A DNA stretch of 64,000 nucleotides from an uncultured Chloroflexia bacterium (GCA_963828165.1 CAWHDR010000001.1:1-64000), one strand, 5' to 3'. Shown: positions 9,626-19,995, counted from the stretch's first letter. Notes: generated from the letters alone by a model not told the origin. Numbers and translations are program-made.

Positions 9626-9651
9626 AGACATCTCGAGGCGAGAAGGTTTCA
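9626..9651 (-). promoter_or_regulatory. Candidate ECF-type promoter TGAAAC-N16-GTCT upstream of the ECF operon
   Basis: Minus strand reads TGAAAC cttctcgcctcgagat GTCT, ~50 nt upstream of 9574; ECF operons are commonly autoregulated. Confidence 0.45.
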
Positions 9652-11199
9652 GTGGCCTTCCCGGTCATCGGCGTGGGTATCCGCCGCAGCCGGCTCATCG
9701 GCCGTGCCTGGCAGGTGGGGCTCCTCGGCACCAGCCGTAGGCCCGGCATCCTCCCCTTCGTCCACGGCTACGTGGCCCTCATCGGGGATCGGCCCCAGTG
9801 CGTGCGGCGCGTCGTCGCGTTCGACGACCACCTCCCCGAGATCCGCGGCCTCCAAGGCGGTCCCGATCGCGTCGGCGTCACCGACGAGGACGATCGCGGC
9901 CCCCTCGATCTGGAGATGCTCGCGGGCCGCGGCCGCGACGTCGTCGATGGTGACCGCCTCGATCCGGCGGCGGTAGTCGATCAGCTCCTCGACCGGCAAT
10001 CCATGGATCGCCAGGCCCGACAGCGCGGCCGCGACCGCGCCGGGCGTCTCGAACCGGAGCGGGAAGACCCCGACGAGGAAGTCGCGAGCCGCCGCGAGCT
10101 CACTCGCCTGGACCGTCGTATCGCGCATCCGCTCGAGCTCGGCGAGGGTGTCGATCACGGCCGGGACGGTCACTTCGGTGTTCACGGCGGCACGGGCGGT
10201 GAACGGACCCGCCCCGCGTCGCATGTCGAACCCGGCACTCGCGCCGTACGTGTAGCCCTTGGCCTCCCGGAGCTGCATGTTCAGCCGCGAGTTGAAGAGC
10301 CCGCCCAGGATGGCGCTCATGACCGAGACGGCGTGGAAGTCCGGGACCCGACGGGGCAGGCCCGGATGCCCGATCCGGATCTCGGTCTGCACGGATCCCG
10401 GTCGATGCACGACGCGGATCCGCCGGTCGCTCGTCGCCCTGGTGTCGACGATCTTTCCGTCGGTGTTCGGCGATGTCGGCGAGGACCAGTCGGCGAGGAG
10501 CTCGCGCGCCATCGCGACCACGTCCTGGCCACCCAGGTCGCCCGCGACCACGAGCGTGGCCACCGTGGGGTCGACCGCCCTCGCATAGACGCGCCGCAGC
10601 ACGTCGGCGTCGAGCCGCTCGACGGTTTCGCGTTGCCCGCCGGCCGGACGGTGATAGGGCGCCTCACGCGCATAGATGGTTTCGATGTAGGCCTCGTCGG
10701 CGCGGCGGCGCGGATCGGCCTGCGCCTGCAGCAGGTCGTTGAGCCGCTCGTCACGCAGCCGCTCGACCTCCCCCGCCGGGAACGTGGGTCTGAGCAGGAC
10801 CTCCGCGAGGAGCTCGAGGGCTTGGCGGAACCGGGTGGTCGGGACGTCGATGCTCACGCTGGTCGCGTCCCAGCCGGCGTCCGCATGGATGGAGGCGCCC
10901 AGCCGCTCGCTCGCCTCGATCAGGGCGACCGCGTCGTATCGCTCGGTGCCCTCGGTGAGCGCGCGCGCCGCAAGGACGGCCGCGCCGCCCTCGTCCGCGG
11001 GCTCGTCCACGGCACCGATCGGCAGCACGACGGACGCGCTGACCAGCGGGCGACCGGGCAGGTCGGCGACCAGGATGCTGAGCCCGTTGTCCAGCCGTGC
11101 CGTGGCGAGGTCCGGGAACTCGTACGGCCGCGGGACGCCGGGTGTCGGGCGTTCGGCGACGACGTTCCCGTCGAGCTCGATGCGGTCCGTGGCGGTCAT
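9649..11199 (-). CDS. M16B zinc peptidase, non-catalytic partner subunit
   Basis: LDNGL, EGT..YDA, ILGGLFNSRLNMQLREAKGYTYG; lacks HxxEH; ATG at 11199 overlaps partner stop. Confidence 0.9.
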   Translation of the reverse strand: MTATDRIELDGNVVAERPTPGVPRPYEFPDLATARLDNGLSILVADLPGRPLVSASVVLPIGAVDEPADEGGAAVLAARALTEGTERYDAVALIEASERLGASIHADAGWDATSVSIDVPTTRFRQALELLAEVLLRPTFPAGEVERLRDERLNDLLQAQADPRRRADEAYIETIYAREAPYHRPAGGQRETVERLDADVLRRVYARAVDPTVATLVVAGDLGGQDVVAMARELLADWSSPTSPNTDGKIVDTRATSDRRIRVVHRPGSVQTEIRIGHPGLPRRVPDFHAVSVMSAILGGLFNSRLNMQLREAKGYTYGASAGFDMRRGAGPFTARAAVNTEVTVPAVIDTLAELERMRDTTVQASELAAARDFLVGVFPLRFETPGAVAAALSGLAIHGLPVEELIDYRRRIEAVTIDDVAAAAREHLQIEGAAIVLVGDADAIGTALEAADLGEVVVERDDAPHALGPIPDEGHVAVDEGEDAGPTAGAEEPHLPGTADEPAAADTHADDREGH

Positions 11200-12578
11200 G
11201 CCGCCTCCTCCTCGTCGCGCTCGGTCTCGGTATCCGTGTCCGCCTTCTCGTCCGAGTCGCTGTGGACGGCGCCGGAGTCCGCCGGAGCGATCTCGGGGAG
11301 GTAGGTCAGCACGAGCCGGTTGTCCGGCCGGAACGTCGCGGCCGCAACCTCGAGGATCGCCTCCGGCGTGACCGACAGGTAGCGCGCCAGCATCTCGTTG
11401 ATGATGCCCGGGTCGTCGAACAGGGTCGCGTACATCGACAGCCGGTCGGCGCGCTCCTCGACGCGCTGCAGCGCCCCGAGCTCGTCCGCCTCGATCAGCG
11501 CGAAGGCTCGCGCGAGCTCGTCCGCGCTCACCGGCTCGACCGCGAGGCGCTCGGTCTCCTCGTGCAGCGCGGCCTCCACCCGTTCGACCGTCACGCCGGG
11601 GCGGACGGTCGCCCATCCCGCGAGGATCGACGCACCGCCCGTGAAGCCCAGCGTGAACAGGGCGACGTCGTTGGCGATCCGCTCGTCGCGAACGAGGCGG
11701 CGATGCAGCCGGCTGCCCTTGCCGCCGGCCAGGATCTGGCCCGCGATCTCGAGCGCATCGAGCCGGCGGTCGCCGTACACGGGCGCTCGGAAGCCGAGAT
11801 AGATGCGCGGCAACGGCACCCGGTCGTAGACGACCTCGCGGATCTCGCCACCGAGCGTCGGCGGCAGTGACAGGTCGCCGAGCGGCGGGATCGAGGGGTT
11901 CGCCGGGATGGCACCGAAGTAGCGCTCGACGCTGCGAAGGACATCCGGGGTGTCCACGTCACCGACGACCGACAGCACGGCGTTGTTCGGCGCGTAGTAG
12001 GTCCGGAAGAACTCGCTCACATCCTCGATCGAGGCGGCATCGAGATCCTCCATCGACCCGATCGTGGAGTGGTGGTAGGGATGCTCGGGCGGGTAGAGAT
12101 GGGCCTGGAGCTTCTCCTGCCACGTGCCGTATGGGCGGTTGTCGTACGACCAGCGCTTCTCGTTCTTCACGACTTCACGCTGGTTGTCGAGGTTCTCCTG
12201 GCTGAGCGCGTCGAGCAGCGTCGCCATCCGGTCCGCCTCGAGCCACAGGGCGAGGTCGAGCTGGTGGGACGGCATCGTCTCGAAGTAGTTCGTCCGGTCC
12301 AGCCAGGTCGTGCCGTTCATCGTCCCGCCGGCTGCCTGGACGAGCGCGATGTGCTCGGCCTTGGCCACGTGCTTGGAGCCCTGGAACATGACGTGCTCGA
12401 AGAGGTGCGCGAATCCGGTCTTGCCCGGCTGCTCGTGCTTGGAGCCGACGGCGTACCAGACGTTGACCGCGACGACCGGCGCGAGGTGGTCCTCCGCGAC
12501 GATCAGGCGAAGGCCGTTCTCGAGGCGGTGGTCGCTGTAGGCCGTGGTGGGGATCGGGGTGGTCGGGGGGGTCGGCAC
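11196..12578 (-). CDS. M16B zinc peptidase (pitrilysin/insulinase family), catalytic subunit
   Basis: GFAHLFEHVMFQGS (HxxEH), DRTNYFE, YYAPNNA; GTG at 12578 with CAGGAG RBS. Confidence 0.93.
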   Translation of the reverse strand: MPTPPTTPIPTTAYSDHRLENGLRLIVAEDHLAPVVAVNVWYAVGSKHEQPGKTGFAHLFEHVMFQGSKHVAKAEHIALVQAAGGTMNGTTWLDRTNYFETMPSHQLDLALWLEADRMATLLDALSQENLDNQREVVKNEKRWSYDNRPYGTWQEKLQAHLYPPEHPYHHSTIGSMEDLDAASIEDVSEFFRTYYAPNNAVLSVVGDVDTPDVLRSVERYFGAIPANPSIPPLGDLSLPPTLGGEIREVVYDRVPLPRIYLGFRAPVYGDRRLDALEIAGQILAGGKGSRLHRRLVRDERIANDVALFTLGFTGGASILAGWATVRPGVTVERVEAALHEETERLAVEPVSADELARAFALIEADELGALQRVEERADRLSMYATLFDDPGIINEMLARYLSVTPEAILEVAAATFRPDNRLVLTYLPEIAPADSGAVHSDSDEKADTDTETERDEEEAA

Positions 12579-12700
12579 GCGCGGCTCCTGGGACGGGGCG
12601 GGTCGTCGGGTCGGTCGGGGTCGGTCGGACGACTGGGTGGGGCGAGTGGGGTCGATCGTACCGCGTCGGATCGGTCTGGGCCGCGAGCCCAGTCTCGAGC

Positions 12701-12836
12701 GTGCATCCGATGCATGTATCAGCGATCGGAAGCATCTCACGCCCCGTTTGTGCGCGCGATGCACGAGTGGGCGGTCGAAGACCGCGCTCAGGCGCCGTTC
12801 GAGTCGTTCCTTCGACGATAGGAGCATGTGGTGCAC
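12701..12836. repeat. Three degenerate GTGCA-N5-TGCAC palindromes in an intergenic region
   Basis: 12701-12715 GTGCATCCGATGCAT, 12750-12764 GTGCGCGCGATGCAC, 12822-12836 GAGCATGTGGTGCAC. Confidence 0.45.
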
Positions 12837-12886
12837 GCGGCTCGTCTCGCGGGCGCGCCGTGGCCACGTTCCGTAGACTCCGAGTC

Positions 12887-13510
12887 ATGACCCATCGAAC
12901 ATCGCGCCTCGTCGCGCTTGCCGCCCTGACCATGGCCACCTTCATGATGTTTCCAGCGGGCGTCGCGGCCCACGCCGAGCTGGAGAAGGCCACGCCGGCG
13001 GACGGGGCCACGGTCGAGGGCACGCCCGCGGAGATCAGCGCGACGTTCAGCGAGGCCCTGGACCCGGATCGATCCACGTTCTCGTTGCGCACCGCTGCCG
13101 GGGAACGTCTCGCGGTCGGCTTCATCGATCCCGAGGATCCGACCCGCATGATCATCGATCCGGTGCCGGAGCTCGCGCCAGGCGTGTACGAGGCGCGCTG
13201 GACCGCCAAGGGCAGCGACGACCATCTCGAGCGGGACACGTGGTCGTTCACGGTCGCACCCGCGCCGTCGCCGTCAGCCACGGCGGCACCCACGCCGGCA
13301 TCGTCGGCGAGTGCCGAGCCCACGCCCAGCGCCACCCCGGAGCCGTCGCCGACGCCCCCTGCGAGCCCGACGGCGTCACCCGCTCCGACCGATCCTGCCG
13401 GTTCCACGGACGGCGACGTGATCCTGCCGATCGTCGCGGCCCTGGCGATCGTGCTCGTCGCGGCGGCGGTCCTGTTGTCGCGACGCGGCCGACCCTCGAC
13501 CGGCGCGTGA
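12887..13510 (+). CDS. copC: Copper resistance protein CopC with C-terminal membrane anchor
   Basis: Signal peptide then AHAEL..ATPADGA, PGVYEARW, DDH; C-terminal TM. Confidence 0.88.
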   Translation: MTHRTSRLVALAALTMATFMMFPAGVAAHAELEKATPADGATVEGTPAEISATFSEALDPDRSTFSLRTAAGERLAVGFIDPEDPTRMIIDPVPELAPGVYEARWTAKGSDDHLERDTWSFTVAPAPSPSATAAPTPASSASAEPTPSATPEPSPTPPASPTASPAPTDPAGSTDGDVILPIVAALAIVLVAAAVLLSRRGRPSTGA

Positions 13511-14910
13511 GCGGGGGCCGCGTGGGTCGGCTGGCGGCCGCCCTTTCGCTCGTCGGAGCGATCGCCCTCACCGCCCCGGCGGCCGTCCTGGCACACGCGC
13601 TCAACCCGACGTACACGAGCCGGCTGCCGCTGGCGGTTTATCTCGCGGGGGCAGCGGCGACCGTCGCGCTGTCCTTCATCTTCGTGCTGGTTCGCGACGT
13701 CCGCGCGGAGCGTCCGACCGCTACGGACGCGGGCCGGATGCCACCGGCGGCGCTGCGACTCGCGCTCCGCGCGCTCGGGCTCCTGGCCTGGCTGTGGATC
13801 ATCGCCCAAGGGGTCGTCGGCGGCACCAGCAACGCCGAGGTCGCCACGCTGTTCATCTGGGTCTTCGGCTGGGTCGGCGTGGCCATGGTGTGCGCGCTCA
13901 TCGGGCCGGTGTGGCACTTCCTCGACCCGTTCTCGACGCTGCACGACCTGGGCGCCGCCGTGATCAAGCGACTGGGCGTCACCCCGTGGCAGGTGGCTGA
14001 CTACCCGGAGGCGCTCGGCAAGTGGCCGGCGGTCATCGGCCTCGCGGTCGTCGTCTGGATCGAGCTCGTGGTCGCCAGTGGGCCGGCGACCCTCTTCATC
14101 ATCCTCGTCGGCTACACCGCATTCACGCTCGCGATGATGGCGCAATTCGGGCGCGACGCCTGGCGCGCGAACGCCGAGGTCTTCACGGTCTGGTTCCGGG
14201 TCCTCGGACGGCTGGCGCCCTTCGCCCTGGCCGACGAGGAGGGACGCATTCGCCGCCGGCCGTTCCTGGAGGGCCTGCTGGAGCCCGGCTGGACCATGGC
14301 CGACGTGGTCATCATCGCGCTCGGGGTGGGCTCGATCCTGTTCGATGGGCTGTCACAGACGCAGATCTGGTTCGAGCTGTTCGGCCTGCCCGCGTTGCCG
14401 GTCGAGACGCTGCTGCTCGCCGGCTTCCTCGGGATCGTGGTCGCGCTCGCGCTCGCGGTCACGCGCTTCGTCGGGATCGGAGCGACGGGTGCCGGTCTCC
14501 TGCCCATCGCCGTCGGCTACCTCATCGCGCACTACCTGACCTATCTGCTGATCGAGGGACAGCGGATCGTCGTCGCTTTGTCCGACCCATTCCAGCTCGG
14601 CTGGGACCTGTTCGGGACCGCGTTCTACGAGCCCTCGGGGGCGTGGCTGCCGCCCGGTCTCGTGTGGACCGTGCAGCTGGCGGCGGTCGTCGGCGGGCAC
14701 ATGCTGGGCGCGTGGGGCGGCCACGTCGTCGCGGCGCTGGACGCCCCACGAGAGATGGCGCCCGCCACGCTCCGGATCCGGCAGATCCCCCTGGCGGTCG
14801 TGATGGTGGCGCTCACGACGCTGACCCTCTGGTCCCTGGGTCAGTCGATCGTCGTGACGCCTGAGGAACCGGCCGCTCAGACCGAGGCGACGAGCGCTCG
14901 TCGGGGCTGA
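13507..14910 (+). CDS. Multi-pass membrane protein coupled to copC (unknown function)
   Basis: GTGA overlap with copC stop; many TM segments; LLPIAVGYLIAHY and VGGHMLG motifs. Confidence 0.75.
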   Translation: MSGGRVGRLAAALSLVGAIALTAPAAVLAHALNPTYTSRLPLAVYLAGAAATVALSFIFVLVRDVRAERPTATDAGRMPPAALRLALRALGLLAWLWIIAQGVVGGTSNAEVATLFIWVFGWVGVAMVCALIGPVWHFLDPFSTLHDLGAAVIKRLGVTPWQVADYPEALGKWPAVIGLAVVVWIELVVASGPATLFIILVGYTAFTLAMMAQFGRDAWRANAEVFTVWFRVLGRLAPFALADEEGRIRRRPFLEGLLEPGWTMADVVIIALGVGSILFDGLSQTQIWFELFGLPALPVETLLLAGFLGIVVALALAVTRFVGIGATGAGLLPIAVGYLIAHYLTYLLIEGQRIVVALSDPFQLGWDLFGTAFYEPSGAWLPPGLVWTVQLAAVVGGHMLGAWGGHVVAALDAPREMAPATLRIRQIPLAVVMVALTTLTLWSLGQSIVVTPEEPAAQTEATSARRG

Positions 14911-17900
14911 CCCGGAGCCGGCACCCATTCATCGAGCGAGCGGACGCTCGCGACGGCCTCGACGATGTCGGGGTCGAGCGCTTCGGCGGCCGCCACCGCG
15001 GTCTCCATCGCTGTCAGGCACAGGATCCCCTCCCCCGTCGCGGCGAAACGGATCTCGGCCGCGTCCCGGACCGCGCCGGAGCGGGGCGTGGGCGTGTTGA
15101 CGACGAGGCGGACCTCCCCGGACGCGATGAGGTCCAGGATCGGGACCTCGCCCGTGCCTTCGTCCGCGGCCTCGCCGAGCTTGGCGACCGGCCTCGCCTC
15201 GAACCCGGCGACGGCCAGCGCCCGGCGGGTGCCCGGTGTCGCCGCTAGTCGATAGCCCGCGGCCGCCAGACCCGTCGCCAGGCGCGGGAGCAGCGCCTTG
15301 TCGCGATCCGCGATCGAGAGGAGGGCTAGCGCTCCCGCCGTTCCGGGCCGCGGCGGCACGAGCGCGGCGCCGAGAAGCGCCTTCGCCAGCGCGACCCGCG
15401 GGTCCTCGTGCAGGCCGATGACCTCGCCGGTCGACTGCATCCCGGGTCCGACCGAGGGATCCACGCCGCGGAGCTTGGTCGTCGAGAACGCCGGGGCCTT
15501 CACCGCGAAATACGGCGGCGGTGGCAGCAACCCGCCGTCCCAGCCGAGCTCCGGGAGCGTGGCGCCGAGCGCGATGCGGACCGCCAGCTCGACCATCGGG
15601 ACGCCGGTGACCTTGGACATGAACGGAACGGTCCGCGACGCTCGGGGATTGACCTCGATGAGGTAGACGCCGTCGTCGCGCACGATGAACTGGGCGTTGA
15701 CGAGCCCCTTCGCACCGAGCGCCAGCACGATGCGCTCCATCGTCGCGACGATGAGGTCCTGGTCGCCCTCGCTGACGAACTGCGGCGGGAAGACGCCGAC
15801 GCTGTCGCCGCTGTGGACGCCGGCTCGCTCGACGTGCTCCAGGAGCCCCGGGATCAGCACCAGCTCCCCGTCGCTGACCGCGTCCACGTCGACCTCGACA
15901 CCCTCGAGGTAGCGGTCGATGCGAACGGGCCGGTCCGGATCGACGACGGTGGCGGCGGCGAGCTGCCGTGCCAGGTCCTCCGGTGAGTAGCAGAAATCGA
16001 TGGCGAGACCCCCGATCACGAACGAGGGCCGGACGATGACCGGGTAGCCGATGCGCTCGGCAAGGGTCAGCGCCTCCTCGACGCTATGGGCCATGCCGCC
16101 CTCGGGCTGCGGGATCCCGAGACGGTCGAGCAGGGCGGCGAAGCGGACCCGCTCCTCGGCCTGGTCGATGGCCTCGAGGTCGCTGCCGAGCAGCGGGACG
16201 CCGCCCGCGGCCAGTGGCGCCGCCAGGTTCAGTGGCGTCTGGCCGCCGAAGGCGACGACCGCCGGCAGGAGATCCGCGCCCCCGGGCGATTCCGCGTCGA
16301 TGACGCTGCGCACGCTCTCCGGGTCGAGCGGCTCGAAGTAGAGTCGCGATGACGCGTCGAAGTCGGTCGAGACCGTCTCGGGGTTCGAGTTGATCATCAC
16401 GGCCTGCCAGCCGTTGCGACGCAGGGTGTCCGCTGCCTGGACCGCGCAGTAGTCGAACTCGATGCCCTGGCCGATACGCACCGGCCCCGAGCCGATCACC
16501 AGCGCCGCGGGACGTTGCACGGGCGGCGCCTCCGGTGCGGAGCCCGCTGCTGCATAGGTTGCATAGAAATACGGCGTCTCGGCCGCGAACTCCGCGGCGC
16601 ACGTGTCGACCATCGAGTAGCCGGGCACGATGCCGAGCGCGAGTCGCGCGGCCCGCAGCGCCTCGGGGGTCGTGCCGCCGAGCCCCGCCAGCTCCTTGTC
16701 GCCGAACCCGGCCCGCTTGACGGTGGCGAGGAGCTCGGCGGCGGCCGCGTCCGCGGGGTCGGCAAGGCGCTCCCCGGCCTCCGCGACCTCGTGCTCCAGG
16801 GCCACGTTCCGGCCCATCTCGCCGAGGAACCACGCGGAGATGCCGGTGGCCTCCCCGACGACGTGCTCCGGGACGCCGCGCCGGAGGAGGCCCAGCAGCC
16901 GCCACAGGCGCGAGTCGGACGGCTCGAGAAACCGGCGCAGGACCAGAGGCGCCGCGGTTCGCTGCGCGTGGCGGGTGGATTCGCAGGCCTGGCCGCGCTC
17001 ATCGATCCAGTGGATCGGCTCGTCCGCTTCCTGGTCGCCGGCATAGACGCCGGCCAGGTAGTCGAACGTCGGGGTCCAGGTCGGATCCTCGGCCAGCGGC
17101 CCCACCCCAGCCTGCTCGAGGCCGCGGAGCGCCTTGTTCAGCGCCGAGCCAAACGTCCGGTCGATCGCCATCACCTCGCCCGTCGCCTTCATCTGGCTGC
17201 CGAGCGTCCGATCGGCGGTCGGGAACTTGTCGAACGGGAAGCGCGGCAGCTTGACGACGACGTAGTCGAGCGCGGGCTCGAAGGCGGCGACGGTGGTGCC
17301 CGTGACGACGTTCGGGATCTCGGCCAGGCGCCGCCCGACGGCGATCTGGGCCGCGACCCGGGCGATCGGGTAGCCGGTGGCCTTGCTTGCGAGCGCCGAG
17401 GAGCGGCGACACGCGCGGGTTGACCTCGATGACGGCGTACTCCGTCGAGTCCGGCGACAGCGCGAACTGGACGTTGCAGCCGCCCTCGACGCCGAGCGAG
17501 CGGATGATCGCGAGCGCGGCGCTGCGGAGGCGCTGGTGGACGGCGTCGGAGAGGGTCTGGACCGGTGCGACGACGATCGAATCGCCGGTGTGCACGCCGA
17601 GCGGGTCGACGTTCTCCATCGAGCACACCGCGATGCAGGTGTCGTCGGCGTCGCGCATGACCTCGTACTCGATCTCCTGCCAGCCGACGAGGCACTTCTC
17701 GACCATGACCTGCCCGATCGGGCTGGCACGCAATCCCGTGCGGACGATCTCGTGGTACGCGGCCTCGTTCTCGACGATGCCGCCACCCGTCCCGCCGAGC
17801 GTGAATGCCGGGCGGACGATGGCCGGCAGGCCGATCGTCTCGCAGCGCTTCCTGGGTCGTGCGTTCTCGGTCTTCCTGCGTCGCTCCCTCGACGATGAAG

Positions 17901-18340
17901 CTCGGGGCGTAGGGCTGGTCGATCCGGTCCAGGAGGTCGCGGAACGCCTCGCGGTCCTCGGCCATGTGGATCGCCTCGAGGGGCGTGCCGAGCAGGCGGA
18001 TCGGGTGTCGCTCGAAGACGCCGGCGCGGGCCATCGCCGTCACGAGATTCAGCGCAGTCTGGCCGCCCAGGCCCGCGAGGAGGCCCTCCGGCTGCTCCTT
18101 CTCGATGACGGCCTCGACGACCTCGACGGTGAGTGGCTCGAGGTAGATCGCGTCGGCGACCGAGGGGTCGGTCATGATCGTGGCCGGATTCGAGTTGATG
18201 AGGATCGTGCGGACGCCCTCCGCGCGCAGCGCGCGGCAGGCCTGCGTCCCGGCGTAGTCGAACTCGGCGGCCTGCCCGATGACGACGGGGCCGCTGCCGA
18301 GGATCAGGACCGAAGCGGGCTTGACGCCGGGCGGGGTCAC
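14877..18340 (-). CDS. carB: Carbamoyl-phosphate synthase large subunit (two apparent +1 frameshifts at ~17843 and ~17405)
   Basis: [83 protein letters not shown] spread over three frames. Confidence 0.92.
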
Positions 18341-18393
18341 GAACCCTCGCCGCGCGCCGCGGCGGTTGCTGTTGGTACGTTGGAGGGTCGGGA

Positions 18394-18566
18394 TCCTGCC
18401 AGATGTGCATGGCCTGCACCTTGGGATCGCAAACGGGTCCCGGACGGGGGCGCGTGGCCGATATGAGCATCGTTGCAGGCCACCGTCACCCACGGCGTGC
18501 CGTCTTCGCCGAGCCCCGCCGCCCACGGATCCGCGCCAACGTGCATTCCTTGCACGTTTGGCAGGG
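18394..18566. repeat. Inverted doublet of ~32-bp hairpin (REP-like) units in the carA-carB spacer
   Basis: 18396-18424 CTGCCAGATGTGCATGGCCTGCACCTTGG (+) and 18527-18564 (rc CTGCCAAACGTGCAAGGAATGCACGTTGGCGCGGATCC); both match 32531-32568. Confidence 0.75.
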
Positions 18567-18805
18567 TCTGGGGCCGGGTGCCAGGATCGAGTCGTCTCGG
18601 GAGCCGCACCAACCGGACGTTGATGCCGAATCGGCGCGGGGTGACGCCTGGGCGAGGATCGAGCCACGCCCAAGGGCGTGTCGCCCGGGTTTCACGCTCA
18701 GAGATGGGCCGGCTGCGGCCAGATCGCGGGTGATTCCCCGTGGAATCGGGCCTAAGCGTCATGGGGTGGATATCTGGCGGGAATCGGCCGCCAGCTCGGG
18801 CCACA

Positions 18806-19957
18806 TCACGCCCCTTCCCCGCGCGTAGCGGCAACGAACCGGTCGAACACTGCCAGCGCGTCGAGCGGCCCCGGGGACCCTTCCGGATGGTATTGGACGG
18901 TTTCGATCGGGAGCGTCGAGTGGCGCAGGCCCTCCACCGAGCCGTCGTTGAGGTTGACCTGGCTCACGTGGAAGCGCGATCCCGTCGGGACCGAGTCGCC
19001 GACGACCTGGACCTCGTGGTTCTGGGCGGTCACCTGGACGAGCCCGAGGTCGACGTCCCGGATCGGGTGGTTCGCCCCGTGGTGCCCGAACCGCAGCCGG
19101 GTCGTATCGGCGCCAGCCGCCCGTGCGACGATCTGGTGGCCGAGGCAGATCCCGAGCAGCGGTCGCCCGTCGTCGATGATCGCCCTCGCCAATTCGACCG
19201 GACCGTCGAGCCGCGCCGGGTCGCCGGGCCCCGGCGAGAGGATCAGGCCATCGATGTCGCGGGCGAGGGCCACGGCGGCGGAGATCGTGTGCGGCAGGAT
19301 CCGGACGCGGGCCCCCCGACTCCGCATCGCCCGGACGATGTTCGACTTCAGCCCGAAGTCGACGATTCCGATGAGCGGGCCGTCCTCATCGTGGCCACCG
19401 ATGTCCATGATCGAGGACGGCGAGACCTCTCCGACGAAGTCCTGGTCCTCCCAGCGGGGAACCGCTCGCGCCCGATCCACGGCGTCGCCGCGGTCCACGA
19501 AGTTGGGCTCCGTGACGATCGCGCGCAGGCTGCCGTGGGTCCGCAGGTGTCGGGCCAAAGCGCGGGTGTCCACGCCAGCGATGGCCGGGATGCCGTCGTC
19601 GCGCAGGAGTGCCGCGAGCTGGCGGGCGTCTTCCAGCACGGCCGCGGTCGCGTTGGCCACGACCAGGGCGCGCAGCCACGGATGGGCCGACTGATCGTCG
19701 TCGATGAGGCGACCGTAGTTGCCGATGAGGGGGTAGGTCATGACCACGACCTGGCCGGCGTACGAGGGGTCGGTGCAGACCTCCTGATAGCCGGTCTGGC
19801 TCGTGTTGACCACGAGGTCGCCACTACCCGCGACCGGCGCTCCGAACGCGATCCCGGGAAAGACCGTCCCGTCCTCGAGCGCCAGCAACGCCGGACCCAG
19901 ATCGCCGATGCGCGGGTCGACGATCGCAGAGGCTCGCGGCGGCGGGGGCAGGATCAC
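18806..19957 (-). CDS. carA: Carbamoyl-phosphate synthase small subunit
   Basis: LALEDG, GYQE..TDPSY, GVDTRAL, SPGPGDP, GICLGHQ, QNH, VQYHPEGSPGP; GTG at 19957. Confidence 0.95.
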   Translation of the reverse strand: MILPPPPRASAIVDPRIGDLGPALLALEDGTVFPGIAFGAPVAGSGDLVVNTSQTGYQEVCTDPSYAGQVVVMTYPLIGNYGRLIDDDQSAHPWLRALVVANATAAVLEDARQLAALLRDDGIPAIAGVDTRALARHLRTHGSLRAIVTEPNFVDRGDAVDRARAVPRWEDQDFVGEVSPSSIMDIGGHDEDGPLIGIVDFGLKSNIVRAMRSRGARVRILPHTISAAVALARDIDGLILSPGPGDPARLDGPVELARAIIDDGRPLLGICLGHQIVARAAGADTTRLRFGHHGANHPIRDVDLGLVQVTAQNHEVQVVGDSVPTGSRFHVSQVNLNDGSVEGLRHSTLPIETVQYHPEGSPGPLDALAVFDRFVAATRGEGA

Positions 19958-19995
19958 GCGACGGCGACCTCGACGGGGGCGGGAGCGCGCCGGGC

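Noticed and set aside
17400-17850. Programmed ribosomal frameshifting in carB
   Set aside because: No slippery sequence evident; the same +1 insertion pattern hits four unrelated genes, favouring consensus error
18337-18834. Protein-coding gene between carA and carB
   Set aside because: Only a short peptide match to the nuclease tail, explained by the DNA repeat; the rest has no recognisable features
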